Source: Escherichia coli (lineage in GTDB: Bacteria > Pseudomonadota > Gammaproteobacteria > Enterobacterales > Enterobacteriaceae). Taken from it: a stretch of 64,000 nt of DNA. The notes below the pieces were generated by a model that was not told where the DNA came from, ran no database searches, and worked only from the letters and a program-made list of their open reading frames with translations. The stretch is from assembly GCF_044324785.1 (NCBI RefSeq), contig NZ_CP172127.1, one strand, 5' to 3'. Position numbers and translations under genes: made by a program. Shown here piece after piece: positions 23,296 through 33,726 of this stretch (within the stretch, counting starts at the first letter, position 1; the number at the start of each line of letters is the position of its first letter).

Positions 23296-24360
23296 ATGAG
23301 TAAAGTGAAAAGTATCACCCGAGAATCCTGGATCCTGAGCACTTTCCCGGAGTGGGGTAGCTGGCTGAATGAAGAAATTGAACAAGAGCAGGTCGCCCCT
23401 GGCACATTTGCGATGTGGTGGCTAGGCTGCACCGGGATCTGGCTGAAATCAGAAGGTGGCACCAACGTTTGCGTTGATTTCTGGTGCGGCACTGGCAAAC
23501 AAAGTCACGGTAACCCGTTAATGAAACAGGGTCACCAGATGCAGCGCATGGCTGGCGTGAAAAAACTGCAGCCAAACCTGCGCACCACCCCGTTTGTTCT
23601 TGATCCGTTTGCGATTCGCCAGATCGACGCGGTACTGGCGACTCACGATCACAACGATCATATCGACGTTAACGTCGCTGCTGCCGTGATGCAGAACTGT
23701 GCTGATGACGTACCGTTCATTGGACCGAAAACCTGCGTTGATTTGTGGATTGGCTGGGGCGTACCGAAAGAGCGTTGCATCGTGGTCAAACCTGGCGATG
23801 TTGTAAAAGTGAAAGACATTGAAATTCATGCGCTTGACGCTTTCGACCGTACTGCACTGATCACCCTGCCTGCCGATCAAAAAGCGGCTGGCGTACTGCC
23901 AGATGGCATGGACGATCGCGCAGTAAACTACCTGTTCAAAACCCCTGGCGGTTCCCTGTATCACAGTGGCGATTCCCACTACTCTAACTATTATGCGAAG
24001 CACGGTAACGAACATCAGATCGATGTGGCGTTAGGATCGTATGGTGAGAACCCGCGCGGTATTACCGACAAAATGACCAGCGCCGATATGCTGCGTATGG
24101 GTGAAGCCCTGAATGCGAAAGTGGTTATCCCGTTCCACCACGACATCTGGTCAAACTTCCAGGCCGATCCGCAAGAAATCCGCGTGCTGTGGGAGATGAA
24201 AAAAGATCGTCTGAAGTATGGCTTCAAGCCGTTTATCTGGCAGGTGGGCGGCAAATTTACCTGGCCGTTGGATAAAGACAACTTCGAGTACCACTATCCG
24301 CGTGGTTTCGATGATTGCTTCACTATTGAACCGGATCTGCCGTTCAAGTCATTCCTGTAA
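23296..24360 (+). CDS. ulaG: L-ascorbate-6-phosphate lactonase (metallo-beta-lactamase fold)
   Basis: 354-aa product ([21 protein letters not shown]...; HxHxDH motif ATHDHNDH). Confidence 0.92.
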
Positions 24361-24467
24361 TCTGTCGTTTATACCGGATAGCGTGGAGTAGTTCGCGCTA
24401 TCCGGCGTAGTATTTCCTGGCTATTTCAAATATCATCTAAAAAAATCAAATTTTATCGGAATAGCTC

Positions 24468-25223
24468 ATGACTGAAGCACAAAGACATCAAATCCTCCTG
24501 GAAATGCTCGCACAATTGGGCTTTGTGACCGTTGAGAAAGTCGTTGAGCGTCTGGGAATTTCGCCTGCCACTGCGCGACGCGATATCAATAAACTTGACG
24601 AAAGCGGCAAACTGAAAAAAGTGCGCAATGGCGCAGAAGCTATTACCCAACAGCGCCCACGCTGGACGCCGATGAATCTGCATCAGGCGCAGAATCACGA
24701 TGAAAAAGTACGTATTGCTAAAGCGGCCTCGCAGCTGGTTAATCCGGGCGAAAGCGTAGTCATCAACTGCGGCTCCACCGCGTTTCTGCTTGGGCGGGAA
24801 ATGTGTGGCAAGCCAGTGCAAATCATCACTAATTATCTACCGCTGGCAAATTACCTGATCGATCAGGAGCATGACAGCGTGATCATTATGGGCGGACAGT
24901 ACAACAAAAGTCAGTCCATCACTTTAAGCCCGCAAGGCAGCGAAAACAGTCTCTATGCCGGGCACTGGATGTTTACCAGCGGCAAAGGGCTGACAGCAGA
25001 AGGGTTGTATAAAACCGATATGTTGACGGCAATGGCAGAGCAGAAGATGCTGAGCGTGGTAGGGAAATTGGTGGTACTGGTTGATAGCAGTAAGATTGGC
25101 GAACGCGCGGGAATGCTTTTTAGCCGTGCCGATCAAATCGATATGCTGATCACCGGCAAAAATGCTAACCCGGAAATCCTGCAACAACTGGAAGCGCAAG
25201 GGGTCAGCATTCTGCGTGTTTAA
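24468..25223 (+). CDS. ulaR: DeoR-family repressor of the ula regulon
   Basis: 251-aa ORF with N-terminal HTH and DeoR C-terminal sugar-phosphate-binding domain. Confidence 0.92.
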
Positions 25224-25969
25224 AGATGCTGGCGGAAAAATGTCACGGCAGCATCTAACGCCTCAGGCGTAATGCGGTGACGCACGCCTGGCTGCCATGA
25301 ACAGGTTAGCAGTTTATCCCGTCCCGTCTCGCTTAAGGCCTGCTGCAAACGTAGTGATTCGTCGGCAGGCACGACGTCATCGTCAAGGCCATGCCACAGC
25401 AGTAGAGGTCTGTCAGCAAGTTGTTCCAGGTGGTTTGTCGCTTCCCACTCTGCCAGCGGCGCGACAATGTTATTGAATTCATTCTGCTGTGCTGCCGTTT
25501 CAGGTATCAGCGGTGGAAACAGTGAACGGGCGAGTGATGTAAAATAGCCCGATCCCATCATGCTGGCGGTACATTTCACCGTGGGGTGGCGAGCGGTAAT
25601 TCCCAGTGCCGTCATCGCGCCCATCGACGCGCCACCGACTGCCAGACGGTCAGCAAGCAGCCAGTTTTCTTCGGCTATTGCCGCACGTAACGTAGTGAAT
25701 TCCTGCATACTTTGTAGCAAAATTTGCCAAAATTGATTTAACCGCCGCGCTGCGTCGCCCCTAAAACGGCTACCGTGATCGGGCGCATCCGGCATGATCA
25801 CTCGCAAACCAGCCTGCGCCAGCGCAACGGCAAAATAGCTATACACCAGACTGGACGAAGTAAAGCCGTGATAAAAAATCACGCACGGTAATGGGGTATC
25901 TTTTTGCCCGACAGGATAAGCATGAAGAACGGGAATATCTGCCAGCTCGCGTGATTCTATTTCAATCAT
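25220..25969 (-). CDS. yjfP: Alpha/beta-hydrolase esterase
   Basis: 249-aa ORF; GxSxG nucleophile motif (GGASMGA). Confidence 0.88.
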
Positions 25970-26150
25970 CTGTCTCTCCTTTTTGTCTGGTATGACATGA
26001 AGAAATCCTTAGCACAAGTTTCTGCTGGCGGTATTAGTTCATAATGTTGAGATGTGGGTTACGCTTTCATCACGTTTTCATTCGAAAATCGCGTACCAGG
26101 TAACAATTCGGGAACATTCCCCCAAAGTTAAATTAATAAGGCACTACACT

Positions 26151-26480
26151 ATGGTTAGCAGGAAACGTAATAGCGTTATTTACCGGTTTGCCAGTTTATT
26201 ATTGGTGTTGATGTTAAGTGCCTGTAGCGCACTGCAAGGTACGCCACAGCCAGCACCGCCAGTAACGGACCATCCGCAAGAGATTCGCCGCGACCAGACG
26301 CAAGGGTTACAGCGAATAGGTAGCGTAAGCACGATGGTTCGGGGTTCTCCGGATGACGCATTAGCAGAAATCAGAGCGAAAGCTGTCGCGGCAAAAGCTG
26401 ATTATTACGTTGTCGTCATGGTGGACGAAACCATCGTGACAGGACAGTGGTATTCACAAGCCATTTTGTACCGTAAATAA
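26151..26480 (+). CDS. bsmA: DUF1471 lipoprotein, biofilm stress and motility protein A
   Basis: 109-aa product from internal Met (MVSRKRNSVIYRFASLLLVLMLSACSALQG, lipobox). Confidence 0.85.
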   Translation: MVSRKRNSVIYRFASLLLVLMLSACSALQGTPQPAPPVTDHPQEIRRDQTQGLQRIGSVSTMVRGSPDDALAEIRAKAVAAKADYYVVVMVDETIVTGQWYSQAILYRK

Positions 26481-26628
26481 ATCAGACAACTTACATAGTC
26501 AGCTTTACATTGCTTTGCGTCCCTATGCGTTTACCTGTGCACAATAAATTACCGGCTGGAAGCCTGGGCGTTTATTACCGCGATGGAATGCCCTGCAACA
26601 TGTGGGGAAACGAAAAATGGAGCTGACG

Positions 26629-26904
26629 ATGAAACAATTACTTGCCTCACCCTCGCTGCAATTAGTGACTTATCCTGCGAGCGCCACGGCACAGTCTGCA
26701 GAATTCGCCAGTGCTGACTGCGTGACAGGCCTGAATGAAATAGGTCAGATCTCAGTTAGCAATATTTCAGGGGATCCGCAGGACGTGGAACGTATCGTGG
26801 CGTTAAAGGCTGATGAACAAGGTGCGTCATGGTACCGCATTATTACCATGTACGAAGACCAGCAGCCTGATAACTGGCGCGTACAGGCGATCCTGTATGC
26901 GTGA
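26629..26904 (+). CDS. yjfN: DUF1471-family small secreted protein
   Basis: 91-aa product from internal Met (MKQLLASPSLQL...). Confidence 0.85.
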   Translation: MKQLLASPSLQLVTYPASATAQSAEFASADCVTGLNEIGQISVSNISGDPQDVERIVALKADEQGASWYRIITMYEDQQPDNWRVQAILYA

Positions 26905-26927
26905 GTGTCATCTACAGCAAATGAACA

Positions 26928-26961
26928 ATGCCGGATGCGGCGCGAGCGCCTTGTCCGGCCA
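26928..26961. repeat. REP palindromic unit
   Basis: gccggatgcggcgcgagcgccttgtccggcc between convergent yjfN and aidB. Confidence 0.6.
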
Positions 26962-27011
26962 ACAATTTTCACATATTTCATATAGTTAATCGAAACCAGC
27001 GTCGTATACGC

Positions 27012-28637
27012 TTACAAACACACTCCTCCCGTCGCCCGCAGCAATAAATCATTCTGGATCTGCTCTGACAACCGTACGCCGCCGCGCGTATCTAACATCA
27101 CCTGACACCACGCCTGCGCCATTGGCGGAGAGGCATATTTCAACATTTGCGCACCGCAGCCCAGCAGGAATAGCTGATGAGTAATCTCTCGCCCCAGTTC
27201 TTCAGCTGGCTTACGCAGCTGCTGCTGTAAACGACGAACCGCGCGATCAAAATAGCGCTCCTGCCCTTTCACTTCCACAAATGCTTCCGACAATAAGTCG
27301 TATACGCCCGCTTGCTTATTGAGAACGCGCAGCACATCCAGGCACATAATATTGCCGGAACCTTCCCAGATACTGTTTACCGGCATCTCCCGGTAAAGCC
27401 GCGGCAGCTCGCTCTCCTCGCAATAACCAATGCCGCCCAGCACCTCCATCGCTTCGGCCACAAACGGCATACCTCGTTTGCAGATCACAAATTTCGCCGC
27501 AGGCGTAAATAAACGCGCCCACAGGGCTTCTTTGGCATCGGCACGCCGGTCCCACGCTCGCGCAAGACGAAACAGCAACGCCGTTTGCCCTTCAAGCTGA
27601 AGTGCCATGCGACTTAAGACATGACGCATAAGGGGCTGTTGGATCAATGGATTACCAAAAACATGGCGTTGATGTGCATGATAAATCGCCAGCGAAAATG
27701 CACGGCGCATCATGGCATGGCTACCCAGGGCGCAATCAAAACGCGTCATCCCACCCATTTTCAGGATCAGACGAATTCCTTCCCCTTCCTGCCCCAACAA
27801 CCAGCCAATGGCATCCTGAAACTCCACTTCGCAGCTGGCGTTAGAGCGATTACCCAGCTTATCTTTCAGCCGCTCGAGGCGAATCGCGTTGCGTTGCCCG
27901 TCAGGCAAAAAGCGCGGCACAAAAAAGCAGGACAAACCGCCCGTAGTCTGCGCCAGCACCAGATGCGCATCGCTTTGCGGCACCGAGAAAAACCATTTAT
28001 GCCCCACCAGCCGATAAGAGCCATCTTCCAGGCGCTCTGCGCGGGTGGTGTTGCTCATGACATCGGAACCGCCCTGCTTTTCCGTCATTCCCATGCCAAT
28101 CAACAAACCGCGTTTTTGTCCACCTGGCAATAAGTGAGAATCGTAGCGATCGCTCAGCAGCGGGGTGGTCCAGTCCTGAAACAGCGCGGGTAACATCTGT
28201 AACAGCAATGGCGTGGCGGCAAAGGTCATGGTTATCGGACATAACGACCCTGCCTCAACCTGTGCGTGCAACATAAAACGCGCCGCGCGCGCCACAAATG
28301 CGCCAGAGCGAGCGTCTTCTTCCCAGGCCAGATTATGTACCCGATTGGTACATAGCGCCTGCATCAGCAGGTGCCAGGCGGGGTGAAAACGCACATCGTC
28401 CAGACGGCGTCCTTGCGCATCGTAGCGCAATAATTCAGGCGGATTCACATTCGCCAGACGCCCCAGTTCAAGGGATTCAGCCGTTCCTAACTGCTGACCA
28501 ATACTGGCTAGAAAATCGCTATCCCAGCCAGCACCTTCACGCGTTACCGCTTCGCAGAGCGCGCCATCAGACAGGTATAAGTTGCTGTTATTTAATGGTA
28601 TAGGTTGATTAAAAACGGTGTGAGTTTGCCAGTGCAC
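27012..28637 (-). CDS. aidB: Adaptive-response acyl-CoA dehydrogenase-like protein
   Basis: ORF 27012..28655(-); 541-aa product if initiated at the GTG giving (M)HWQTHTVFNQ... Confidence 0.9.
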   Translation of the reverse strand: MHWQTHTVFNQPIPLNNSNLYLSDGALCEAVTREGAGWDSDFLASIGQQLGTAESLELGRLANVNPPELLRYDAQGRRLDDVRFHPAWHLLMQALCTNRVHNLAWEEDARSGAFVARAARFMLHAQVEAGSLCPITMTFAATPLLLQMLPALFQDWTTPLLSDRYDSHLLPGGQKRGLLIGMGMTEKQGGSDVMSNTTRAERLEDGSYRLVGHKWFFSVPQSDAHLVLAQTTGGLSCFFVPRFLPDGQRNAIRLERLKDKLGNRSNASCEVEFQDAIGWLLGQEGEGIRLILKMGGMTRFDCALGSHAMMRRAFSLAIYHAHQRHVFGNPLIQQPLMRHVLSRMALQLEGQTALLFRLARAWDRRADAKEALWARLFTPAAKFVICKRGMPFVAEAMEVLGGIGYCEESELPRLYREMPVNSIWEGSGNIMCLDVLRVLNKQAGVYDLLSEAFVEVKGQERYFDRAVRRLQQQLRKPAEELGREITHQLFLLGCGAQMLKYASPPMAQAWCQVMLDTRGGVRLSEQIQNDLLLRATGGVCL

Positions 28638-28720
28638 TGTGTCTCCCTCCATCAATGGCAGTCACCCTTAGTATGGTCACTGCCATGGATTCATGACAGA
28701 AAGAGATTGCTAAAACATTC

Positions 28721-29884
28721 TTATCCAGCAATGTAATGCGGAACGAAACGTGAGGTGTCTTTGGTGATCAGCGTGTTATCTTCACGGATCCCCATTCCGC
28801 ACGCTTCATCATCGACAATCCAGCTACCGATGAGTGTGTAGCTATCGCCAAATCGCGGCAGAGGTTGAAACGCCTGGTAGATCATCGGTTCATCGGCGTA
28901 ATCACCATCAGCGTGGTCAACGACGTTATTCTGACCGTCGAAAATGGTGACGTTTCCGCCTTCGCGTGAGTAGATCGGTTTACGCACATAGCTTTCGCCA
29001 GCGGCAATCTGCGGTTTTTCGCCCTCAAACCAGGATGCAAGAAGGTTAGGATGACCAGGAAAGAAGCGCCAAAGCAGCGGCATTAACCCTTTGTTGCTCA
29101 AGATACTTTTCCATAACGGCTCCACCCATTGCTCGCGGCGCTTGCGCAGCAGCGGACCGTTATCGTCACGCATCATCCACTCCAGCGGATACAGCTTAAA
29201 TGCACGCTGGATGACATTATCATCAAGATCGGTCAGCACACCGCCGACGCCCAAACCGAGATCTTCAATGTAGATAAACCGCGACTCCTGCCCAGCCTGC
29301 TGGGCGCAGTCCTGCAAGTACAGCACGGTACTCCTGTCTTCATCGGTGTCCTGACAGCAGCAAAAATAAAACGGGTCCCGACTGTAAAGCTCACTAAAGC
29401 GCGAAATCAGGCGTTCCTGAATGGCATTGTACTGATCGGCATCACGCGGAATAATGCCGCTGCGCCGGGCATCTTCCAGCCACAGCCACTGGAAATAAGC
29501 CGATTCATACAACGAGGTTGGCGTATCGGCGTTGTACTCCAGCAGCTTCACCGGCGCATTGCCACACCAGGCAAAATCCATCCGGCCATACAGCGAAGGA
29601 TCGCGTGCGCGCCAGCTTTCGGCGATCACATCCCAGTACAACGGAGGGATCGCCAGTTGCGTCAGGATTTCTTCGTCTTTAACCACGCGATCCACCACCT
29701 CAAGGCACATCTGATGCAGTTCCGCAGTTGGTTTTTCGATCTGCTCTTCAATCTGGCGCAGGGTAAAGCGGTAAGCCCGACTCTCATCCCAATAGATTTC
29801 ATTGTCGATGATATGAAAGTCGAAACCGTTGTCAGCGGCGATCTGGTCCAGATCCCGCCGTACAGGAACGTTGTGTCTCAGCAT
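28721..29884 (-). CDS. yjfC: Glutathionylspermidine-synthase-like ATP-grasp protein
   Basis: 387-aa product from internal Met (MLRHNVPVRRDLD...); first residues overlap the yjfM stop. Confidence 0.88.
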   Translation of the reverse strand: MLRHNVPVRRDLDQIAADNGFDFHIIDNEIYWDESRAYRFTLRQIEEQIEKPTAELHQMCLEVVDRVVKDEEILTQLAIPPLYWDVIAESWRARDPSLYGRMDFAWCGNAPVKLLEYNADTPTSLYESAYFQWLWLEDARRSGIIPRDADQYNAIQERLISRFSELYSRDPFYFCCCQDTDEDRSTVLYLQDCAQQAGQESRFIYIEDLGLGVGGVLTDLDDNVIQRAFKLYPLEWMMRDDNGPLLRKRREQWVEPLWKSILSNKGLMPLLWRFFPGHPNLLASWFEGEKPQIAAGESYVRKPIYSREGGNVTIFDGQNNVVDHADGDYADEPMIYQAFQPLPRFGDSYTLIGSWIVDDEACGMGIREDNTLITKDTSRFVPHYIAG

Positions 29885-29886
29885 GA

Positions 29887-30525
29887 TTAGCCTCCCCAAT
29901 GCCCACGGGCGCTGGAAGAACGACCATAGCCGCCGCGAGAAACGGTTGACGCTTTTTTGGTGGTAAAGCCGCCCGAAGAATAAGACTCTTTTTTGCCAGA
30001 ACCGGAGCGCCAGGAGTAATCACCGGAAGTGTTGCGCCAGACGGGGCGCGAAGCAAAAGAGGAACCGCCGCTGTTATAAACAAACTGCTCATCGCGATCT
30101 TTACGAATAACCCGGCTTAACAAAAATCCAGAAACAACCGGGATCCAACTCTGTTCAACGTTGTCGTAGTAACAATTTTCATACTTAGACTGACAATTCT
30201 GCTGAGTCATATTCTTCGGAACATCGGCATAAAATGCCGCTTTGGCATTGTTCCAGCCACGCGCGCAAATGTCTGCATTATTACCGTCATCAATACAATC
30301 CTGCACTGTCGAGTAAAACGTTCCGTCGCCGTCGTTATCGACATCGCTACTTTCACTCCATCCTTTGACTATTAAAAAAGCAGCACCGCCCATTAGCGCC
30401 AACGTTAAGTATTTTTGTGCGTAGCGATTGCGGCGCGGCTCAAAAGGATTATGCGGTCTTCCAATGCGACTGATTGCCCCATGTCCGATATTTTTGTTAT
30501 TTCTGGATTTGCGTTTTCTGGCCAT
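29887..30525 (-). CDS. yjfM: DUF1190 protein with Gly/Ser-rich C-terminal tail
   Basis: 212-aa ORF; N-terminal hydrophobic segment, low-complexity C-terminus. Confidence 0.85.
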   Translation of the reverse strand: MARKRKSRNNKNIGHGAISRIGRPHNPFEPRRNRYAQKYLTLALMGGAAFLIVKGWSESSDVDNDGDGTFYSTVQDCIDDGNNADICARGWNNAKAAFYADVPKNMTQQNCQSKYENCYYDNVEQSWIPVVSGFLLSRVIRKDRDEQFVYNSGGSSFASRPVWRNTSGDYSWRSGSGKKESYSSGGFTTKKASTVSRGGYGRSSSARGHWGG

Positions 30526-30534
30526 GATCGTCCA

Positions 30535-30933
30535 TTACCATGTCATACAAGCTGCGTTAAAAATACCGCCAGCCAGCGCGGCGGTTCCCATAAACATTCC
30601 TGCTGCGGTATTGTGATTAATAATTTTTTCGCTTAATGAGGGCATATAAAGTCTGACACCAGCAAAAACGAGTAACTGAATCACCAGTGCAATCCCGCCC
30701 CAGGCGAAATAGTCTGGAATACTCACCGCATTGATTGCCGCACTGGATAACGGGATCACGTACCCCAACAATGTTCCGCTGAACGCCAGTGACGCCGCGG
30801 TATTATTGTTTTTGATTAACTGCCATTCGTTGTGCGGTGTAATTTTGGAGTAGATAAACAGAAAAATAATCACCATCGCCACGCCAATAAAAAAATAGGC
30901 GCTAAAGGCAAGAAGTGAATCCAGTATATGCAT
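30535..30933 (-). CDS. yjfL: DUF350 inner membrane protein
   Basis: 132-aa product from internal Met (MHILDSLLAFSAYFF...). Confidence 0.85.
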   Translation of the reverse strand: MHILDSLLAFSAYFFIGVAMVIIFLFIYSKITPHNEWQLIKNNNTAASLAFSGTLLGYVIPLSSAAINAVSIPDYFAWGGIALVIQLLVFAGVRLYMPSLSEKIINHNTAAGMFMGTAALAGGIFNAACMTW

Positions 30934-30950
30934 TGTAAACGTCCTTGTAA

Positions 30951-31610
30951 TTAACCAATAATATGAAGTGATGTCAGCGGGATATCGACACCCAGCGCGC
31001 GCGAAAATAACCACTCCGGCTCGCCGAGATCGTTAAAAGATTCCTCACCATTTAACAGCAAATATTCGTAAGTATCTCCGGTCACCTGCCGTTGGTAGCC
31101 CATGCTAAAATTATGGACCTCCCATTTGGCATGGTTTTGATTTTCTACTTTTTCCAGCATGTAGACAGGTTCGATATTTCCTGGTTCTTCGCTGTTAAAA
31201 AATCGCTGCCAGCGTTTTTCCTGCCAGTTTAAGGTCATTGCCCCCATCGCTTTGGCGTTGATCGCCTCGCGCCAGTGACTCTCTTTACTGATACCGTAGC
31301 TCTCTTCATAGACAAAGAGCTTGATATCATCAATGTCATCAATATCTTCGCCGCCGGTGGTATTGATTTGCAGAAATTCATCGCCCGAAGTGTAGTAGCG
31401 GAAAATCTGGCTACCGCCGCCCAGATCGATGCGGCTGACGGCGGCTACCGTAAATTCCTCACCCGGCAGCGCAATCAGCAATTCATCTTCCAGCAAACGA
31501 AACGCTAACGTGTCGAGCGTAAAGCCACTATTGAGATGCAGACCCAGCGGACCGCGAGCGATAGCAGGCTTATTATCCTTGCCAAACAGACGCTGGAAAA
31601 AACCAGACAT
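30951..31610 (-). CDS. yjfK: DUF2491 protein
   Basis: 219-aa ORF. Confidence 0.85.
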   Translation of the reverse strand: MSGFFQRLFGKDNKPAIARGPLGLHLNSGFTLDTLAFRLLEDELLIALPGEEFTVAAVSRIDLGGGSQIFRYYTSGDEFLQINTTGGEDIDDIDDIKLFVYEESYGISKESHWREAINAKAMGAMTLNWQEKRWQRFFNSEEPGNIEPVYMLEKVENQNHAKWEVHNFSMGYQRQVTGDTYEYLLLNGEESFNDLGEPEWLFSRALGVDIPLTSLHIIG

Positions 31611-31659
31611 ATTTTATCCTTAAAATAGTTGCCAGCCTTTTAGCGAGGCTGGCAAAAAA

Positions 31660-32358
31660 TTACTCGCCCTGTTGGCGTTGCAGTCTTGCTAATACATCCT
31701 GGGCGCTACTTTTATTGCTACCGCCAATTCCGGCTTCCGCCAGCTTTTCATCAAGATCGCGACCGTCTGCGACTTTTTCCAACTGTGCGGCAGCATCCAG
31801 GCGAGCCTGACGTTCGGCCTGACGCGTTTGCAGGCGTTTTAAGGATTCTGCCGCTGTCGAAACGCTGGAAGATGCGCCAACGGTAGAGGTCGTTACAGCC
31901 TGTTGTGCACGCTGCATGGCTTCAGTAGCTTTAACGACTTCCATTTGCTGCTCAAACTGAGCGATACGCTGCGCTGTCGCTGTAACTGCTTTTTCCACAC
32001 CATCACGAGAGACTTCCAGATTCGACAATACTTGCTCTTCAGCGGTAATGAGATTCTCAAGGCGCGCGATTTCTTCAGCAACTTCGTTAATCAACGACGG
32101 ATTAACGTTCTTGCTTAACGCTTCCAGCGCACGAGCTTCCAGACTGGCTTTGCGCTCACGTAAATCTTTCAGCTTATCGTGACTTAATTTCACCCGTGCC
32201 AGCAGATCAACGCGAGATTTTCCGGCTTTATCGAGTTCAGCTTTAGCGTCACGAATATGCTGTTCCAGCATGCGCACGCCCTGGGTTTCTTCAATGGATT
32301 CTTCCGCCTGAGAGATAAACGATTTCCCCAGCGTAAATAAACTTTTTAAAATTCCCAT
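31660..32358 (-). CDS. yjfJ: PspA/IM30-family coiled-coil protein
   Basis: 232-aa ORF, almost entirely predicted coiled coil (heptad-rich, E/K/R/L/A-rich). Confidence 0.88.
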   Translation of the reverse strand: MGILKSLFTLGKSFISQAEESIEETQGVRMLEQHIRDAKAELDKAGKSRVDLLARVKLSHDKLKDLRERKASLEARALEALSKNVNPSLINEVAEEIARLENLITAEEQVLSNLEVSRDGVEKAVTATAQRIAQFEQQMEVVKATEAMQRAQQAVTTSTVGASSSVSTAAESLKRLQTRQAERQARLDAAAQLEKVADGRDLDEKLAEAGIGGSNKSSAQDVLARLQRQQGE

Positions 32359-32376
32359 AAATACCCGTCCTTGTAA

Positions 32377-32778
32377 TTAGTGTGAATATTCTTCTGTAAT
32401 TTCAGCCAGATCCAATGCGTTATCTACCAGCGAGGTTATCTCAAGCAGGATATCTTCAAGAGAAGATTTAAGCGATAACGCACCGAAAACAATGTAATAC
32501 TCTTCATGTTGCACGCTGGAGATCCCTACCGATGACAACGGCATCATCTTCTGATTTCTTAATAAGAAGGTATTAAATTCATCTGGATTGCTGATACTAC
32601 TTACCGGACAAATAAAGGTTTCGATAATCATTTGGCGGGAAATAAATAGAATATTGATTTGCAAATCGCCATAATCATTCATTTTAATAATTAATGCGTT
32701 CTCGCCATTTGTTACATCAATATTTTGTTCAGGTACAGTTTGCAGCGCCGTCGCCAGCGCCAACGGATTCCATGTCAT
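32377..32778 (-). CDS. yjfI: DUF2170 protein
   Basis: 133-aa ORF, first gene of the yjfIJKLMC cluster. Confidence 0.85.
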   Translation of the reverse strand: MTWNPLALATALQTVPEQNIDVTNGENALIIKMNDYGDLQINILFISRQMIIETFICPVSSISNPDEFNTFLLRNQKMMPLSSVGISSVQHEEYYIVFGALSLKSSLEDILLEITSLVDNALDLAEITEEYSH

Positions 32779-32904
32779 ATATTATTCCATATAAATTAAG
32801 TTTAAATATTAATAAAATGAATATTTGCAGTACGTAATTATCTTACCAGCTATAGACAAAAAAAAACCATCCAAATCTGGATGGCTTTTCATAATTCCGA
32901 GGAA

Positions 32905-33636
32905 TTAGCTGCGCTGTCGCACCGCTTCAAATAAGCAAATCCCTGTCGCAACCGAAACGTTCAGGGAAGAAACGCTTCCTGCCATTGGGATGCTGATCAA
33001 CTCGTCGCAATGTTCACGAGTCAGGCGACGCATACCTTCACCTTCCGCGCCCATCACCAGTGCCAGGCGTCCGGTCATTTTGCTCTGATAAAGTGTATGA
33101 TCCGCCTCACCTGCCGTACCGACGATCCAGATATTCTCTTCCTGCAACATACGCATGGTGCGCGCAAGGTTAGTCACCCGAATCAGCGGAACGCTTTCTG
33201 CCGCGCCGCAGGCTACTTTTTTCGCCGTGGCGTTGAGCTGTGCGGAACGATCTTTCGGCACAATCACCGCATGAACACCTGCGGCGTCCGCGCTACGCAG
33301 GCACGCGCCGAGGTTATGCGGATCGGTTACACCGTCGAGGATCAGCAGGAACGGTTGATCGAGCGAAGCGATCAGATCCGGCAGATCGTTTTCCTGATAC
33401 TGCCGTCCTGGCTTCACACGGGCGATAATGCCCTGATGCACGGCACCGTCGCTTTTCTCGTCGAGATACTGACGGTTCGCCAACTGGATAACCACGCCCT
33501 GGGACTCAAGGGCGTGAATCAGCGGTAACAGACGTTTATCTTCACGGCCTTTTAAAATAAAGACTTCCTGAAAACGTTCAGGGGCGCGCTCCAGCAGGGC
33601 CTGCACTGCGTGGATGCCGTAAATCATTTCGCTCAT
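32905..33636 (-). CDS. rlmB: 23S rRNA (guanosine2251-2'-O)-methyltransferase
   Basis: 243-aa SpoU-family ORF. Confidence 0.92.
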
Positions 33637-33726
33637 TAATGTACTCGTTGTTTACGTTTTGCCGGGAGCGCCACGCTTGCCCGGCCTACGGATAATTCAC
33701 CCTCTTCTGTTTGAAGAGGGTAATGA

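Noticed and set aside
24361-24420. Palindrome ccggatagcg...cgctatccgg after ulaG, considered as a terminator
   Set aside because: No clear T-run follows, so it may be a REP-like element or a weak terminator; not confident enough to list as a feature.
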